From assembly GCF_037042905.1 (NCBI RefSeq), contig NC_087263.1:14076001-14140000 (forward strand): a stretch of DNA of 64,000 nt. The letters run 5' to 3'. Of this stretch, positions 1-13,675 are shown in pieces; within the stretch, counting starts at the first letter, position 1; the number at the start of each line of letters is the position of its first letter. The notes below the pieces were generated by a model. That model was not told the DNA's origin, made no database searches, and was given only the letters and a program-made list of their open reading frames with translations. The position numbers and the translations under genes are program-made. The DNA comes from Lytechinus pictus. Taxonomy: Eukaryota.

Positions 1-331
1 TTTACAGCTAGTGTAGTCCTGTTTCGTTCTGTTTGATATTGTTGCTGTTTGAGGGAATTTCACAATGATGTTGGTGTATTTAAACAAACGCGAGATATCT
101 AACTCGTTTTTTTCTTCTTCCTCGTTTTCATTATTTTATTTCTTTTATCATGGAGCTAGCTAGCTCCATGCTTTGATGGTAGAAATAACTCAACGCGGTT
201 TGTTGCAGGCTATACAGGGAATAAATGCATTTATTTAATGAACTACGGAGCTTGTCTTCTTGAGTTATCTAAAGTGTTGTGCTTTGCTTTTCAATCTCGA
301 TTCCCATCCTCTCTTCTCTTTCTCTTCAATA

Positions 332-648
332 CATGGGCGGAAATCCCAGGGGGGACAGGGGGACGTGTCCCCCTTACCAAAAATAGTAGGGGGGACACAA
401 TATCAAATGCCCCCCCCCCTACTATTTTTGGTCTCTTATGATGGAGAAAAATACATCACTTCAAAATCGAAATAATGCATGTATTTTGGACTAAATGACC
501 TTATATTTTGGGTGAAAACCCTTCTTTTTTTTTTGCTTGTCAAATTTTTTGGGGGTTAAAATGACCTTACATTTTTTATGACAACCTTTTTTCTTTTCTT
601 TTTGTTTTACTCGTCCCCCCTACCTTTGGGTACAGATTTCCGCCCATG
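332..648 (+). mobile_element. hAT-like MITE, family A (CATGGGCGGAAAT termini)
   Basis: TIR CATGGGCGGAAAT...ATTTCCGCCCATG; perfect 8-bp TSD CTTCAATA (324-331, 649-656). Confidence 0.9.
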
Positions 649-734
649 CTTCAATACCAAAAAAATAAAATATAAATAACATGAATAACGGAACTATTGG
701 TCTGTTCAGTATCATCGCCCCATCCCTCTCTTCC

Positions 735-1050
735 CCATCGGTCCATCAGCCAATCAGTGATATTTCACTAACTATTGTTATAAGCTACCGAATCCTTGCA
801 TCTGATTGGCGAAGAGCAAATTGGTCAGTGAAAATCATAATTATTTATTTCATGAAACACTCCCCCTGACAACACTGTACCAAATGCAAAATGGTCATGA
901 TGATCGAACCGAGGGAGCATTTCACGAAACTGATAATCAGTTATTTTCACTGACAAATGTTATAAGCTACCAAAATCCTTGCATCTCATTGGCTCAGAGC
1001 ATATTACCCAGTGAAAATCACTGACAAGGTGCTTCATGCAACACTCCTAA
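735..1050. repeat. Two tandem copies of a short dispersed repeat (AAGCTAC..AATCCTTGCATCTGATTGG..GTGAAAATCA); relatives near 5580-5730, 26165-26290, 26440-26580, 63460-63520
   Basis: Shared core motif seen at several positions in both orientations. Confidence 0.65.
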
Positions 1051-1213
1051 ATCTGCGGATGATCTAACAAAGAGAAACCATATCGTGCGCTTCAAACTCG
1101 CCTTATCGTACAGATAAAATCAGTGTTATTTTGTTTACATCTTTGTTTACTATCGTTTGTTGGTTATACCATACCAGTGTATATCATCTTTATCAGTACA
1201 AAGCACAATGTAA

Positions 1214-1540
1214 CAGTCACACCAACGAAACCTACTCCAAACCGACCAATTGTATGTCATTGGAAATAACGTAAAAGCTTTGATCGGTCTGGAATCGGTT
1301 CCCGTATGTGAGTGCAGCACAATGCTCGGTCACACCAACGAAACCGACTCCAAACCGACCGATGGTATGTCATTGGTAATAACGCAATTGCTTTGATCGG
1401 TCTCGAGTAGGTTACCGTTGTGCGACTGCAGCACAGTGACGGTCGCATCAAGATAACCGACTTCAAACCGATCGGTAGTATGTCATTGGTAATAACGTAA
1501 TAGCTTTGATCGGTCTGGAGTCGGTTTCGTTGATGTGACT
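1214..1540. repeat. Modular repeat of ~110-bp self-complementary units (GTCACACCAACGAAACCGACTCCA...)
   Basis: Three units ending in an inverted copy of the start; a related two-unit copy lies at 41210-41426. Confidence 0.75.
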
Positions 1541-1705
1541 TTACCGTTAGAGTTCATGGAATTTTGTTCATTAATCTGTTCCATGATGAGGGTTATTATG
1601 TTGATGCCCAAATATGGATATACAGACCGAGTTTTTTCATCCTCTTCATGACCTAGTCGATGAAAACATAGAGGTAGTTTACCCCTATGTGATGAAAGTT
1701 CTTAA

Positions 1706-2319
1706 AGGTCAAGTCCACCTCAGAAAAACGTTGATTTGAATCAATAGAGCAAAATCAGACAAGTAAAATGGTGAAAATTTCATCAAAATTTGATGTAAAA
1801 TAAGAAAGATGTGACACTTTAAATTTCGCTTTTTTCACAAACAGTTATACGCACAATATAGTCACATTCAAGTGAGGGAATCGATGATGTCCCTCACTCA
1901 CTATTCCCTTTGTGTTTTATTGTTTGAATTATACAAAATTTTATTTTTTACAGGTTTGACAATAAGGAACAACTTGACTGAACCATTACATGTTAAACAA
2001 TGGTAATTCCACATGTTCAGGGAGAAATGAAACTTGGTTTCACAGGACAATGGGGAGAAAATTAGAATATTTCATATTCATATAATACAATACAAAAGAA
2101 ATAGTGAGTGTGCGATGTCATCAGTTCCCTCATTTGCATACCGACCGGGATGTGAATTAAACTGTTTTGTGAAATTAACATGATTAAGCGAAATTTAAAA
2201 ATGTCATAACTTTCTTATTTTACATCCGATTTTGATGAAATTTTCAGCGTTATGCTTGTTGGATTTTTCTCTTTATACTCAAATTAACTTGTTGTTGGGG
2301 GGGGGGGGGGACTTGTCCT
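1706..2319 (+). mobile_element. Kolobok-like non-autonomous element (TTAA target, AGG terminus)
   Basis: ttaa|AGGTCAAGTCCACC ... GGACTTGTCCT; long imperfect inverted ends; same family as 5755-6340. Confidence 0.75.
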
Positions 2320-3229
2320 AAAGTATAAATCATTTGAGTACTGTCGCGTCGATACATTTTCACATACTTTTTTAAAATGTTATTCTCAAAATCAACATCT
2401 TTTCGTAGTATGGGAAGTTGATTACCACAAGATATAGAATAAAAATATTTATTCAACGAGGAAGCAAATTAATATGGGCATGCTAAGAATTTTCAGCATT
2501 ATTTTGATATATATTTTAAATAGGTACTATTTCTTTCGTTCATGTTGAGTATTTTCCTAACTTGCCTTAACGTTGCAATAAACTTGGACAATCTTTAATA
2601 TTCCTATTGTTTCAATGACCATGGTGAATCTGGGAAGTGGGGGTTAGGACAAAAATAAAACAGCGCCCGTCCCAACTATTGAGGGTGGTTGCTTCAATGG
2701 TATTCGTGAAATAAACCGTCAGTTTTTCTTTCAGATTATTGATTTTTTTTTACCGCTTGCTTTGCCTCTTTGCGTCCTTCATAGTTCTAACTGGGACACC
2801 TGCCCCCTTGCCCCTCCCCAAAGATATGCCACTGACAAGTATAGCAGACATCAACAATAGCAGGTCAACGCTTTGTTATATATTCTATTATTTTCACAAG
2901 GATGTTTTCTTTTTCTATTGCTTTTCTCTCTGATAAAGTGCGAATATTCCCCTGCCAGGCTTTTGCAAATATTGCCCCAAAATCCCCTGCTTTTGGGCTC
3001 AAAGCACGCAGGGAATTTCCGCTTTGATTGATGGAAGAGAAACCCCTGACAACGGATATTAAAAACCAACGATCTCTATATATCTTGAATATCTTGAAAT
3101 CAGAATTGTCTGCACATCTCACTGAAAATAAATATTCTACAAACAAAGACTGTACTTTGACAACTTACTATTAATTCAAATATTCATTCATCGTCATCCT
3201 TTACCCTTCAGGTTCTTAGCCTGGTAGCC

Positions 3230-3425
3230 CTAATTTATTCATTTATTTATTTATTTATTTATTCATTCATTCATCTATTTAATTATTCATGTATTTAATT
3301 AATCATTTATTTATTCATTTATTCATTCATTCATTCTATTTTTTTTTTTTTTTTTAATTTATTTATTTGTTTATTTATTTGTTTATTTATTTATTTATTT
3401 ATTTTATTCATTCATTCATCCATCA
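3230..3425. repeat. (ATTT/ATTC)n microsatellite
   Basis: Seen directly. Confidence 0.9.
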
Positions 3426-4276
3426 ATTCACTATTATATTTCATTTCGATAAAAAAACACAATCTCATAATGCAAATTTTACAATCATATTCAATAAGAA
3501 CGTGAAAAGAAAACATAACAATGAAATGGGAAACTAAAAAGAACAGCTTGGGAGGCTTGTGGGGAAAGAGGAAATTTAAAAGCTACAAAGGAAAAGTGTG
3601 CAAAAAAAATATGATGAACAAATTAGGGGGGGGGGACATTGGAACCGATTAGGGTCCATGATAACATAACAATATGCCCTGAGATTTAAAATAAAAAAAG
3701 GGGGGCGAGAGATAAACCGCAGGTTGGTGGACATTCTAATTATACTTAGAATTCCAATTTGATATCAGCTTCTTTTTAAATTTTGCAATCTTCTAGCCCC
3801 GACAAAAACGTAATCGCGTCTGTTTTGAGACTAGCTAAGCAATCACAGATCCAGAAAGATAACGATTAGCATTTCACTACTTGTCGATTGGAAAATAACA
3901 ATCGGATTATCAATCACTGAATACGTGTAAAATTACGAAATTAAGACGCATTTTTGGCGCGAAATCGCTGGAGGGAAACTGCGTGTTGGGAATTATCAAC
4001 AAGCAATATAAGCTTTCAATATTGATGCGTATACGTGACTGGCATATCCAAATCATGATCACACAGTCGGGGTAAACCTTCAAATACATTAAAGAAAAAA
4101 AAAACATTATTCACATTAACTCATGAGTCGTGGACGCGGTGCAGACAATCCTATTCAAAATGACTCTCGGCTTCTTCCACAAAATATCCTTTCTCATTTC
4201 AGCTTTCTTTCATTTTTCCGCCCTTCCTTTTCCTTTTCTTCCCATCGGCATCTCCTTCCATTGCTTCGCCCCAGTC

Positions 4277-4598
4277 CATGGGCGGAAATTCCAGGGGGGA
4301 CGTGTCCCCCTACTGAAAATAGTAGGGGGACACAATATCGAATGTCCCCCCTACTTTTGTGTTCTTTTATGATGGTAAGAAATACATCATTCAAAATCGA
4401 AATAAAACATGTATTTTAGGACGAAAAGACATTACTTTTGGGATGATAACTTTTTTTGCTAGTCAAACATGTCAAATTTATTTCCGTCGAAATGACCTTA
4501 AATTTGGGGTGATAACCTTTTTTTTTTTTTTTTTGCTTGTCAAATTTTCCAGCCCCTTGTCCCCCCCCCTTACCTTTTGGGAGAGATTTCCGCCCCTG
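4277..4598 (+). mobile_element. hAT-like MITE, family A
   Basis: Same TIR and internal sequence as 332-648; 8-bp TSD CCCCAGTC. Confidence 0.9.
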
Positions 4599-4939
4599 CC
4601 CCAGTCACTCTTTTCTCATCACCAACCCCGCTATCCAACTAAAGAGGAAATGAAGAAATTAAGCTCGTCCTTTGTTGAAAACCGATTCGTTTCCGTTCCA
4701 AAATGAATGATAATTTCTCCGTTTAAAGCCCGGGTGTTATGATATCGCCATTTCTTTTTCTTTCTGTTTAGAGTCGAGATAAGTGGAACATGATGGCCAA
4801 ATGATGACCAATAATAATTGTAGCCACTGCGTGGATGCTGTGATTACCGATGTAACAGTATAATTGGTTGCAGGCACACATCCAAGCATGGAAAATATAC
4901 AAACACGAGGTTGCATTGAGGATGGGGGATGAAACAAAT

Positions 4940-5401
4940 GGTTCCATGAAATTTGCTCCTGCGACAATTGCTCCACTAAAGATTCCACACACTAATCGAA
5001 TGACTAATTTCAACCCTCGATTTAATACTATAGCCTACCATAAACCATGGATAGTAGGATCCATGCATAAACCTAACCCTAAACATGCTCAACCGAACAC
5101 GAAACCATATTGAACCCTTAACCCTAAAAGCCTGGTCCCGCTGGTCGACGGACACAAAACGTATTCATAACGGATACAGCGGACAAGCAGAATTTCGGGG
5201 TGGCTCCATCCGTTTTCATAAATCGGCGAACAATAAAATCACAGTGGACGGATGCTCGATAGACGAGCGTATGAAACACGTATATGCAAAGAGTACACAA
5301 CGGATACAGAGCGATTAACATTCTCTCTGCATTGGTAAGTGCATGCAGGGGGACAAAATAAAGCCCGGAGCAATTGTCGCAGGAGCAAATGTCGTGTCAC
5401 C
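4940..5401. mobile_element. Short relative of the TU-like foldback family
   Basis: Ends GGTTCCATGAAATTTGCTCCTGCGACAATTGCTCC and GGAGCAATTGTCGCAGGAGCAAATGTCGTGTCACC resemble the termini of 15694-23285; no TSD seen. Confidence 0.7.
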
Positions 5402-5754
5402 CTTCAGGTTTCCACACCGTGATATTATTGAATTTGTAACCAAAGTGACAGTAAGACTAATCAACTTACACAAATTCTTATTTTCGATAACATTTCACAA
5501 GAAATGAAAATACAAAATAATATTCATTAACCAAATACTAATTATCGTTATTAAAAGGTTGAAGCTAGATGAAGGACAAGGGGTCAGTATCATAAAACTT
5601 GTTACAGTAACAAATTAACACTAGCAGTTAAAAGCTACTGAATTTTTTCAATTTGATTGGTTGATATTGAACTTGTTATAGACATTGTGCACTTTTTATT
5701 ATAACAATTCCTTATGAAAAAGGACCCAGGTATCATTTATTCCCGCCTTGTTAA

Positions 5755-6340
5755 AGGACAAGTCCACCCCAACAAAAAGATGATTTGAATAAAAAGAGAA
5801 AAATCTAACAAGCGTAACACTGAAAATTTCATCAAAATCGGATGTAAAATAAAAAAGTTATGGCATTTTAAAGTTTTGCTTAATTTCACAAAACAGTTAT
5901 ATACACATCCTGGTGGATATGCAAATGAGGAGACCGATGACGTCATCCACTCACTATTTCTTTTGTATTTTATTATATGAAAAAGGGAATATTCTATTTT
6001 TCTCCTCATTGTCAAGTGAAACAATGATTAATTCCTCCCTGAACATGTGTAGTTAGCATTGTTTAATACTATATGATTCAGTCAAGTTGGTCCTTATTGT
6101 CAAATCTGTAAAAAATGAAATATTGTCTTATTCAAACAATAAAAAACAAAAGAAATAGTGAGTGAGGGACATCATCGACTGTCTCATTTGAGTTGTGCAT
6201 ATCACTGTTTTGTGAAAAATAAGCAAAACTTTAAAATGTCATAACTTTCTTAGTTTACATCCGATTTTGATGAAATCTTCAGCTTTTTGCTATTTTGATT
6301 TGTCTCTATTTATTCAAATCGACATTTTTCTGGGGTGACT
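5755..6340 (-). mobile_element. Kolobok-like non-autonomous element, second copy in opposite orientation
   Basis: ttaa|AGGACAAGTCCACCCC; reverse-complement homology to 1706-2319; right end eroded. Confidence 0.75.
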
Positions 6341-7639
6341 GCAGTCCATAAATGCAAGTGAATACCTACGCTTAATGCTTGATGGTTTGTTTGTTTTCTT
6401 TTTCTTGTTCATGGGTAAGTGCTTCATTTGTCTGTTTGATTTATCACTTGATTTGACCAACAAAACAAGACAATTTACAATAAATCTAAACAATGTCCTC
6501 TTAACGTAATATTTGCTCTACTAACCTTACGTGACACAGTAAAGTTTCACGCAATATTAATTAAGAAAGAAGTTCCCAGTTGCGAGAATGCGGATCTGTC
6601 ACGCGTTGTTTTAATACAATAAGGAGATTTATGTTCCACTTACTTTGAAGAGATAAAGATATTTTCAAATTTCTATTTAAAAAGGGGGATTGCGAAATGA
6701 CATCTATTTATTAACTGCGATCGTAAAAGTGCAACAGTTGATTATTGTTGCATTTTGTTTATTTTCACTGGTGAAAACATGCAAACAGTTTTCTATAGTA
6801 GTTCCTTTTTATATCTAGGGTTTCGACATGTTCGAGACGTGGGTTTATCTGGTGGAAAATCACTTCACTGGGGGTTTAGAAAGTTTCCTTGGAGAGATAG
6901 AAGAAATATTCTCTATCTCCACGCTCGAACGCTACGATTTCTCGCATGTATTTGGGGATGACGTCACAGACATCAATCCTGGTTTCAATATTCTCAACCC
7001 ACTGATCCTAACTTTGCATTTTTATTTTGCACCGGGTCAATTTTTAACGCATTTTTTTTAAAACTCCCTACCGTGGTAGATGACTTCCTTTTCCAGGTCC
7101 CCCCCCCCCCCACACAGCCCTGCTGAAAATTCCTGGTTACTTCAATAGGAAATGGTACTATTTTTTTCTTAGCTAGCTAAGCTTAAACTTGCCCCTAAAA
7201 TAATAACAATGGAAAATAAAACCCGACAACAACATGATTAATGAATCCATGATCTAATTTCATTATTTGAGCTCCATTCGATGTTACGTCCTACGATCCG
7301 TCCTGAGCAGATATGGCAATGTATCCACATAGAGACAGAAACATAATCAAATTCATTTAATCCAAGCTTTATCTCTGCGATAAAACGGAATTATCAGTAC
7401 ACATAATTAAGCGAATACTTCCTGTGTATCATCCAGCTATCATTTTCCATTTTACTTCTGTTCCGTTTCGTTGGTCAATTGTATGAATTGCTTATAGTCA
7501 TCAGTTTTTTCTTTACTTTCGCAAATAAAATGAATCCCACAATGGTAATATGCACCAGTGTATGAAATAAATATGGAAAGGGGAACTATAAGTGAAAAAT
7601 ATGGATATTATTCGGAAGAAGTGACGGCATACATTCACT

Positions 7640-7930
7640 GAAAAGGGGTGGAGTGGTAGGAGGGGGGAGTGAAAAGGGGGAGGAGGTGGAGGGAGAAAGG
7701 GATGGAGGAAGGGAGAGAGGGGGAGGGAAGGAGGGAAGGGGGTAGGGAGGGAGAGAGAGAGAGAGGGTTGGATGAAGATAGGAAAGGGGTAGGGAGGAAG
7801 AGAGGGAGGGAGAGGGAGAGATGGAGAGAGAGAGGGGGGATAGAGAGAGAGGAGGGATAGAGAGAGAGGGGGTAGGAAGGGGTGGGGAGGGAGGGGGAGA
7901 ACTCAATGAGGAGATGGGAGGAGGGGGAGG
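7640..7930. repeat. Polypurine G/A-rich tract
   Basis: About 290 nt that are almost entirely A or G, with many G runs. Confidence 0.9.
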
Positions 7931-9959
7931 TTGAGTCATTATTTTTAGCAGGCGTTTCTGCATTTATTAGAATAGAACAAAATTTTAAATTCACAATAAT
8001 TATACATGAAAAGCATACAAAATAATTAATCAAATTACATGTGACATTTACCTAATAAAAATAGAAAATATGCATAATTTATAAAAACAAATAATGCAGG
8101 GAAACTTATCGTAAACAAAATGCATGAAAGAGTAGCATACTTAGCTGGCTCCTGCCATGCTTAAACCAATACCTTCATCCACCCACCATCTTCGACACCT
8201 TTCTTGTTTTTCCAACTTAAATCTGAAGCATTTTGGGTTGAGTTTATTTCACCTCACCATCCCCCCCCCCCCCGGGCCGCCGATCATCACATCACCACCC
8301 CACGACATCATACGATGAAGCGCGTTAATTTTTATTCATAGTCATTTTGAAGGGCAGCCAAGAAAATGGAATACAGTTCGGATGTGCTGCCCTGGATGCG
8401 AACTTTTCAAGAGCGTGGAGATGACAGAGATGGAAGATTGGAGACGCCTGGTGGTGGGGGGGGGGGGCAGATTCCGGGGGGCGAAGAAGAAACTGACCCT
8501 TATAGATTTTTAACATAATAGTTGCGCAATGAATGATGGGACATGGCATGGCTTACGGGGAACACTTTCTAAATAGTCCCCAAGACGTGAGCATGCATGC
8601 AAAAATGAAGCTTTTATTTAATAAATGAAAATCTAAAGCATCCAAGAGTCTGATTATGATTTTACCCCTTTCCCTTTGATTTCCTCTCCAGTTTCTTTTT
8701 TTTTGTTCTCAGTGGTGGAGCTCTTTATTTTGTTTTCCTTCTTTCTTTTCGGGGGGGGGGGGGGGAGACAAACAGCAACCCAAACAAACTATCTCCCTCC
8801 CTCATTCGCCATTGGTCTACACAATACAGGTCTATAGTGGCGTAATGACCCAATATTGAGGGGGCAGAAAATACGTATGGGAAAAAAAATTCGCATTCAC
8901 AATAACTGCGAGTGAGCGAGCGAGGCGAGCGGGCATTTTTTTTCATACAACAATCTAATAATGTGCTAGAATTTGCCATGATATTCACGAAATAATATCA
9001 TTACTTCACTCTCTTTCCTCGTCTGTCTTTTTCTTTCCTTTTCCCCTTGGTCGTTATTTTTTTTGGGGGGGTCAATAGCCCCCAAGACCCCTCATGTGTA
9101 CTATAGTTATTTCTTTGCACTTTATATTTCATCATGTCATTGGAGGCAATTACATTAATATACGACAGCAACATTAAATGACAGAAAGTGTGAAGTTACC
9201 ACGGAGATCGCAATGATGTTGGCGACACCTCAACACTTTAGACAAACTTTACGATCTTCATCACGAGACACAATCATCAATGAAACACAAGAGTCTAACA
9301 GAGATCATGAGTCTTACCTTTCGAAAATCACACTTGATACAGTCGAAGAAAATAATAAGTATGCCATTCATCCCAAAGAAATATTAGAACAAGGTCTTCA
9401 TCTTCATTATAATCGGACGTTTGGATCCTGGGTTAAAAGCTGCATGACTGGCAACACTCGACTCCTGACAATAAAATCAGACAGTGCAATTATCGCGCGC
9501 TGCGATTACAAATCCATCGTCGGCCGCAAGGCGATAAATGTCAAGATTATATTCCATATCAATGAATATTCACAAAAGGGGAGAGCAAGTCAATTGTACA
9601 TGCTTCAGAAGTGTCGAACAATCAGGTACCTGGATGTACTTTGCGTTTTCTAGTTTATTATGAAGTCAACGTGCGAGGCTGAAGAAATCGAGCAGACGAT
9701 GGCTGCTGTACGAAAGTGCGTGATTGTGCGTGCGTGTGATTCTGCTATAAAAACATTGCGATCGATAGCAGGAAATTGAAGCCCCGTAGAATTTCGCCCC
9801 CAGTCGTTATGTCGTAGGTGAAGATTTCATAATTATTATGGGAGGGGCGCCCTGCGGGATATGCAAGCCTTTCACCTCGTTCTCATTAAGGAAATATTCA
9901 TCTTTGCTTTCAAATAGACGTTTTAACGGAACAATAAATTCTATACATCTAAGATCGAA

Positions 9960-10237
9960 TATCTTTTTTTCAATTGGGTTATCAAATAATATAGCATTAC
10001 ACATCCTGGACATCTCCTTATCAGACTAATACTCTTCTTTCTCCTTTTTCCCATTTTTTTACCTCCTGCTTTATCCGTTTGTGACTAAGATTTAAGATGG
10101 ACTATCTGTATATATTTTTTCTTAATTGGGTTATTATAATATAGAATTACACCGCCTAGACATCTCCTTATTATACCAGAACTCTTCTTTCTCCTTTTTC
10201 CCATTCTTTACCTCCTACTTTACCCATTTGTGACTAT
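9960..10237 (+). repeat. ~150-bp period tandem duplication
   Basis: AATTGGGTTAT...GACATCTCCTTAT...ACTCTTCTTTCTCCTTTTTCCCATT...TTTGTGACTA occurs twice. Confidence 0.85.
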
Positions 10238-11561
10238 TTAACAATTATTGGTGGAATTCGCTTCCACGCCCACCCCCTAAAAAAGTTTCAACATCAAGAA
10301 AGGCCAAAGGAATAGAGAAAGGAAATGAAAAAAAAGATTAGCAATAAAATCTCTAAAAACATTATGTCAGAATCTATCCCGAAATGAAATTTCCATTTTA
10401 AAAAGGCCAATATTTTCGCTCGCTTCGCTCCTCAGAACATTCTTTTAAAAAAAGTCCTATTCGACATGATATGTCGAATAGGACTTTGTTAAAGAATGTT
10501 CTGAGGTGCAAGTCGTTTTATCATAAATGGCGCAGCGAGCCTAACATTGAGAGGGGCACAACATATTATCAATATATTGTGCCCCTCTCAATGTTAGGCT
10601 CACTGCGCCATATAAAACGACTTGCAAATATTTAACAGTATATAGTGATATACATGTATAGCAATATTCTTCTTCATAGTTGAGGTGGGAAGGGGGTAAA
10701 ACTGCTTTTTGAAGATACTAACAATCCATGCAGAAATCTTAGGGAGCAAAAAAAAAGCTTCTCGGATGACTGCTTACGTTTGAACAAAATACTAGTATTC
10801 AGATTACACGGCCTTTTGGGTTTAAAATCGCATTCGTGTGAAATTCGTACCGGTCCCGCAATTTACAACAGAAATCGTAATGAAGTCATAACGCATAAAA
10901 ATTCTACAAGCTATATTTATGATTTTCACAACAACTGTGAATACATGAAGAGGTTGCCAAAAGTCCAGCATAGTGCTTAAATGCATATGAGTAGTATGTA
11001 CACGTAATATTTTCTAGCAAGGGTACTCGCAAGAACTTTAGACAGTGTTCCATGATATAAAATATATACGAGTCTTGTAAGATTTCGAATAGCAAGAGTT
11101 TGGTTACTATGGAAACACGACCGGCGTAAACAGTGACCTCCTGATGAAGCAGAACTGCAGAATGGACCTCAATAATAAGATCTCTTTAACGGACCCCCCC
11201 CCCCGAAAATATATTTACATTCATGTATAGGTCATCTTACCATCTCACGCCCCCACCTCCCCCCGCATTAAAATACACTGTCGCCGCCCCCTGCCCAAAT
11301 ACCACAGGAGCCGCGAACGATTTTGAAAGGGGTCTAAGCTGAAAGTAGGAAGGGCTGACCTTGCACACACAAAAAATCATAGTAAGATTCATTTTTACAC
11401 GTTAACTGATATGGTTTATTTCTTTTAATAATATTCGAAATTCCAAAATCTTGAATAATTACTTCGTCATTAGATATGAACTTACCTGAAAAGTTTTGGG
11501 ATTCCTGTGACATTTACTTCCCTCAGCAATCCCCCCCCCCCCGTTTCGCGACCCATGTACC

Positions 11562-11799
11562 CAAGGGCGGAAATCTCTCCCCAAAGGTAGGGGGACCAGG
11601 GGCTGGAAAAATTGACATGGGTAAAAAAGGTTATCACCACAAATGTAAGGTCTCGTCCAAAATACATATTTTATTTCGATTTTGAATGATGTATTTCTTT
11701 CCATCATAAAAGAACAAAAATAGTAGGGGGACATTAATTATTATACTATTTTGGGTAGGGGGACGCGTCCCCCTGTCCCTCCTGGGATTTCCGCACATG
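11562..11799 (-). mobile_element. hAT-like MITE, family A (reverse orientation)
   Basis: Reverse complement of the 332-648 family; 8-bp TSD CATGTACC. Confidence 0.88.
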
Positions 11800-12149
11800 C
11801 ATGTACCCCCCCCCCCCATCTCCATCTAAAACTCGATGAAGAGGGGTTGTAATAGAATGGGGGACATCGTGTTTCATATTACGTGAATATCGTATGCATG
11901 TTAAAAGAGCTTGAGAAGGTGACGCATTGTATACACAAACGTGATCTCACTGTGCTAGCTCGTAATGAAATCTCGATGAAACGATCGGACCCCTCGCTAT
12001 TCTACGAGAATTATTGAAATAGCCGAAAGGGTCCTGCTCCACAGACCTGGACGATTGATCGTAGAATTGGTATCTACCATTGAGATCATTTATCACGACG
12101 TGTAATCCATTGTAAAAGTCGATCGAACGATCAACAGCAGCTGAATTTT

Positions 12150-13025
12150 GAGCAAGGACCTAAGACGTGTGCAAAACACTCGTTTATACTTGATTACCCT
12201 TATATCTATGCTTCATGAACTACATGTGTAGATCCATAAACTTTCCAAGTTCTGATGCCAATTAAACAAATACACCCAACACGGCCAAAGTTCATTGACC
12301 TTAAATGACATTTGATCTTGGTCATGTGACCTGAAACACGCACAGGATATTCAGGGATACATGGTTACTCTTATGTCCAAGTTTAATGAACTAGATCTAT
12401 AATTTTTTTAAGTTATGATGACAGTTCCACAAATACCCCCAACATTATCAAAGTTCGTTGACCCTAAATGACCTTTGACCTTGGTCATGTGACCTGAAAC
12501 TCGCACATGATGTTCAAGGATACTTAATTGCTCTTATGTCTAAGTTTCATGAACTAGATCCATAAAATTTCAAAGTTATGATGACAATTTTGCAAATATC
12601 CCCAACATGGTCAAAGTTCATTGACCCTAGGTGATCTTTGACCTTGGTCATGTGTCCTGAAACTCAGGCAGGATGTTCAGTAATACTTGATTACCCTTAT
12701 ATCTAAGTTTCATGAACTAAGTCTATATAATTTCTAAGTTATGACGACATTTCAAAAACTTAACCTTGGTTAAGATTTCAATATTGATTCCCTGGTCTAA
12801 GTTTATTGACCCGAAATGACCTTTGACCTTGATCATGTGACTTGAAACTCAAACAGGATGTTTAGAAATACTTGATTACCCTTATGTTCAAGTTTCATGA
12901 ACTAAGTCCATATACGATTTCAAAAACTTAACCTTGGTTAAGATTTCAATGTTGACAACGCCGCCGCCGTCGCCTTCGAAAAGCGGCGCCTGTAGTTTCG
13001 CTCCGCTATGCAGGCGAGATAAAAA
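12150..13025 (+). mobile_element. Minisatellite-bearing element (~110-bp units), possibly Helentron/HINE-like
   Basis: About 6-7 tandem units of TACTTGATTACCCTTAT.TC.AAGTTTCATGAACTAG...GACCTTGGTCATGTGACCTGAAACTC, then a short GC-rich hairpin and A run. The array is certain; the family call is inference. Confidence 0.65.
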
Positions 13026-13675
13026 TGTCAATCTATTTGCACGTAGCGTTCTTTAAGCATTCCATTAATTTCATCTTACATTTCCAGCAAAATATAAAAT
13101 GCATCTACCATAAACAAAGGTACAAATATAGGTGGCAAATAGTAAATAAATTGTAGATCAATTGTTTTACCCTATGGATGAAATTGACATCAATCCAACT
13201 GTCTTGGCATACTAAAAATCTTATAATTTCCCGCAAATGGCGAAAAATTGTATTTCTAATCAAGCCATGGTGTGTTGTATGTGTTTTCCCTTTAAGATCT
13301 TGTGAACTTGGAGGAATTCAAATTCAAATGCAGCTTTATTTCCAACAGAACATGAAGTATAATGCAAGCTATTTTCATAGATTTATAGCAGGCATTTACA
13401 TTATGAATCATTGTCATATAAATATTATAATTATATTCAATTGAAGATACTAAGGAAAAGTAAAAGGAAACTAAACCCGGTGTAAATCGGCCTTACCGGG
13501 ACTTTCCTGCGTGATCTTACAAACAATGACGCATAATGTACACAATGAGTAGATGACATTGATACAACATGGATACAGAGTTGTTATTAAATTGCGATGA
13601 AAGGGTGTGTGGAATAAGGGGGAGTTTAGGGAGGGTGCAATTTCTAGGTTTCGTCATTCACACCTATCCCGGGGG

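Noticed and set aside
7586..8033. Pro/Ser/Leu-rich ORFs
   Set aside because: Translation of the polypyrimidine strand of the G/A tract.
9213..9653. 146-aa plus-strand ORF
   Set aside because: No recognisable domain or coding-like codon bias; better explained as chance or as antisense to a UTR exon.
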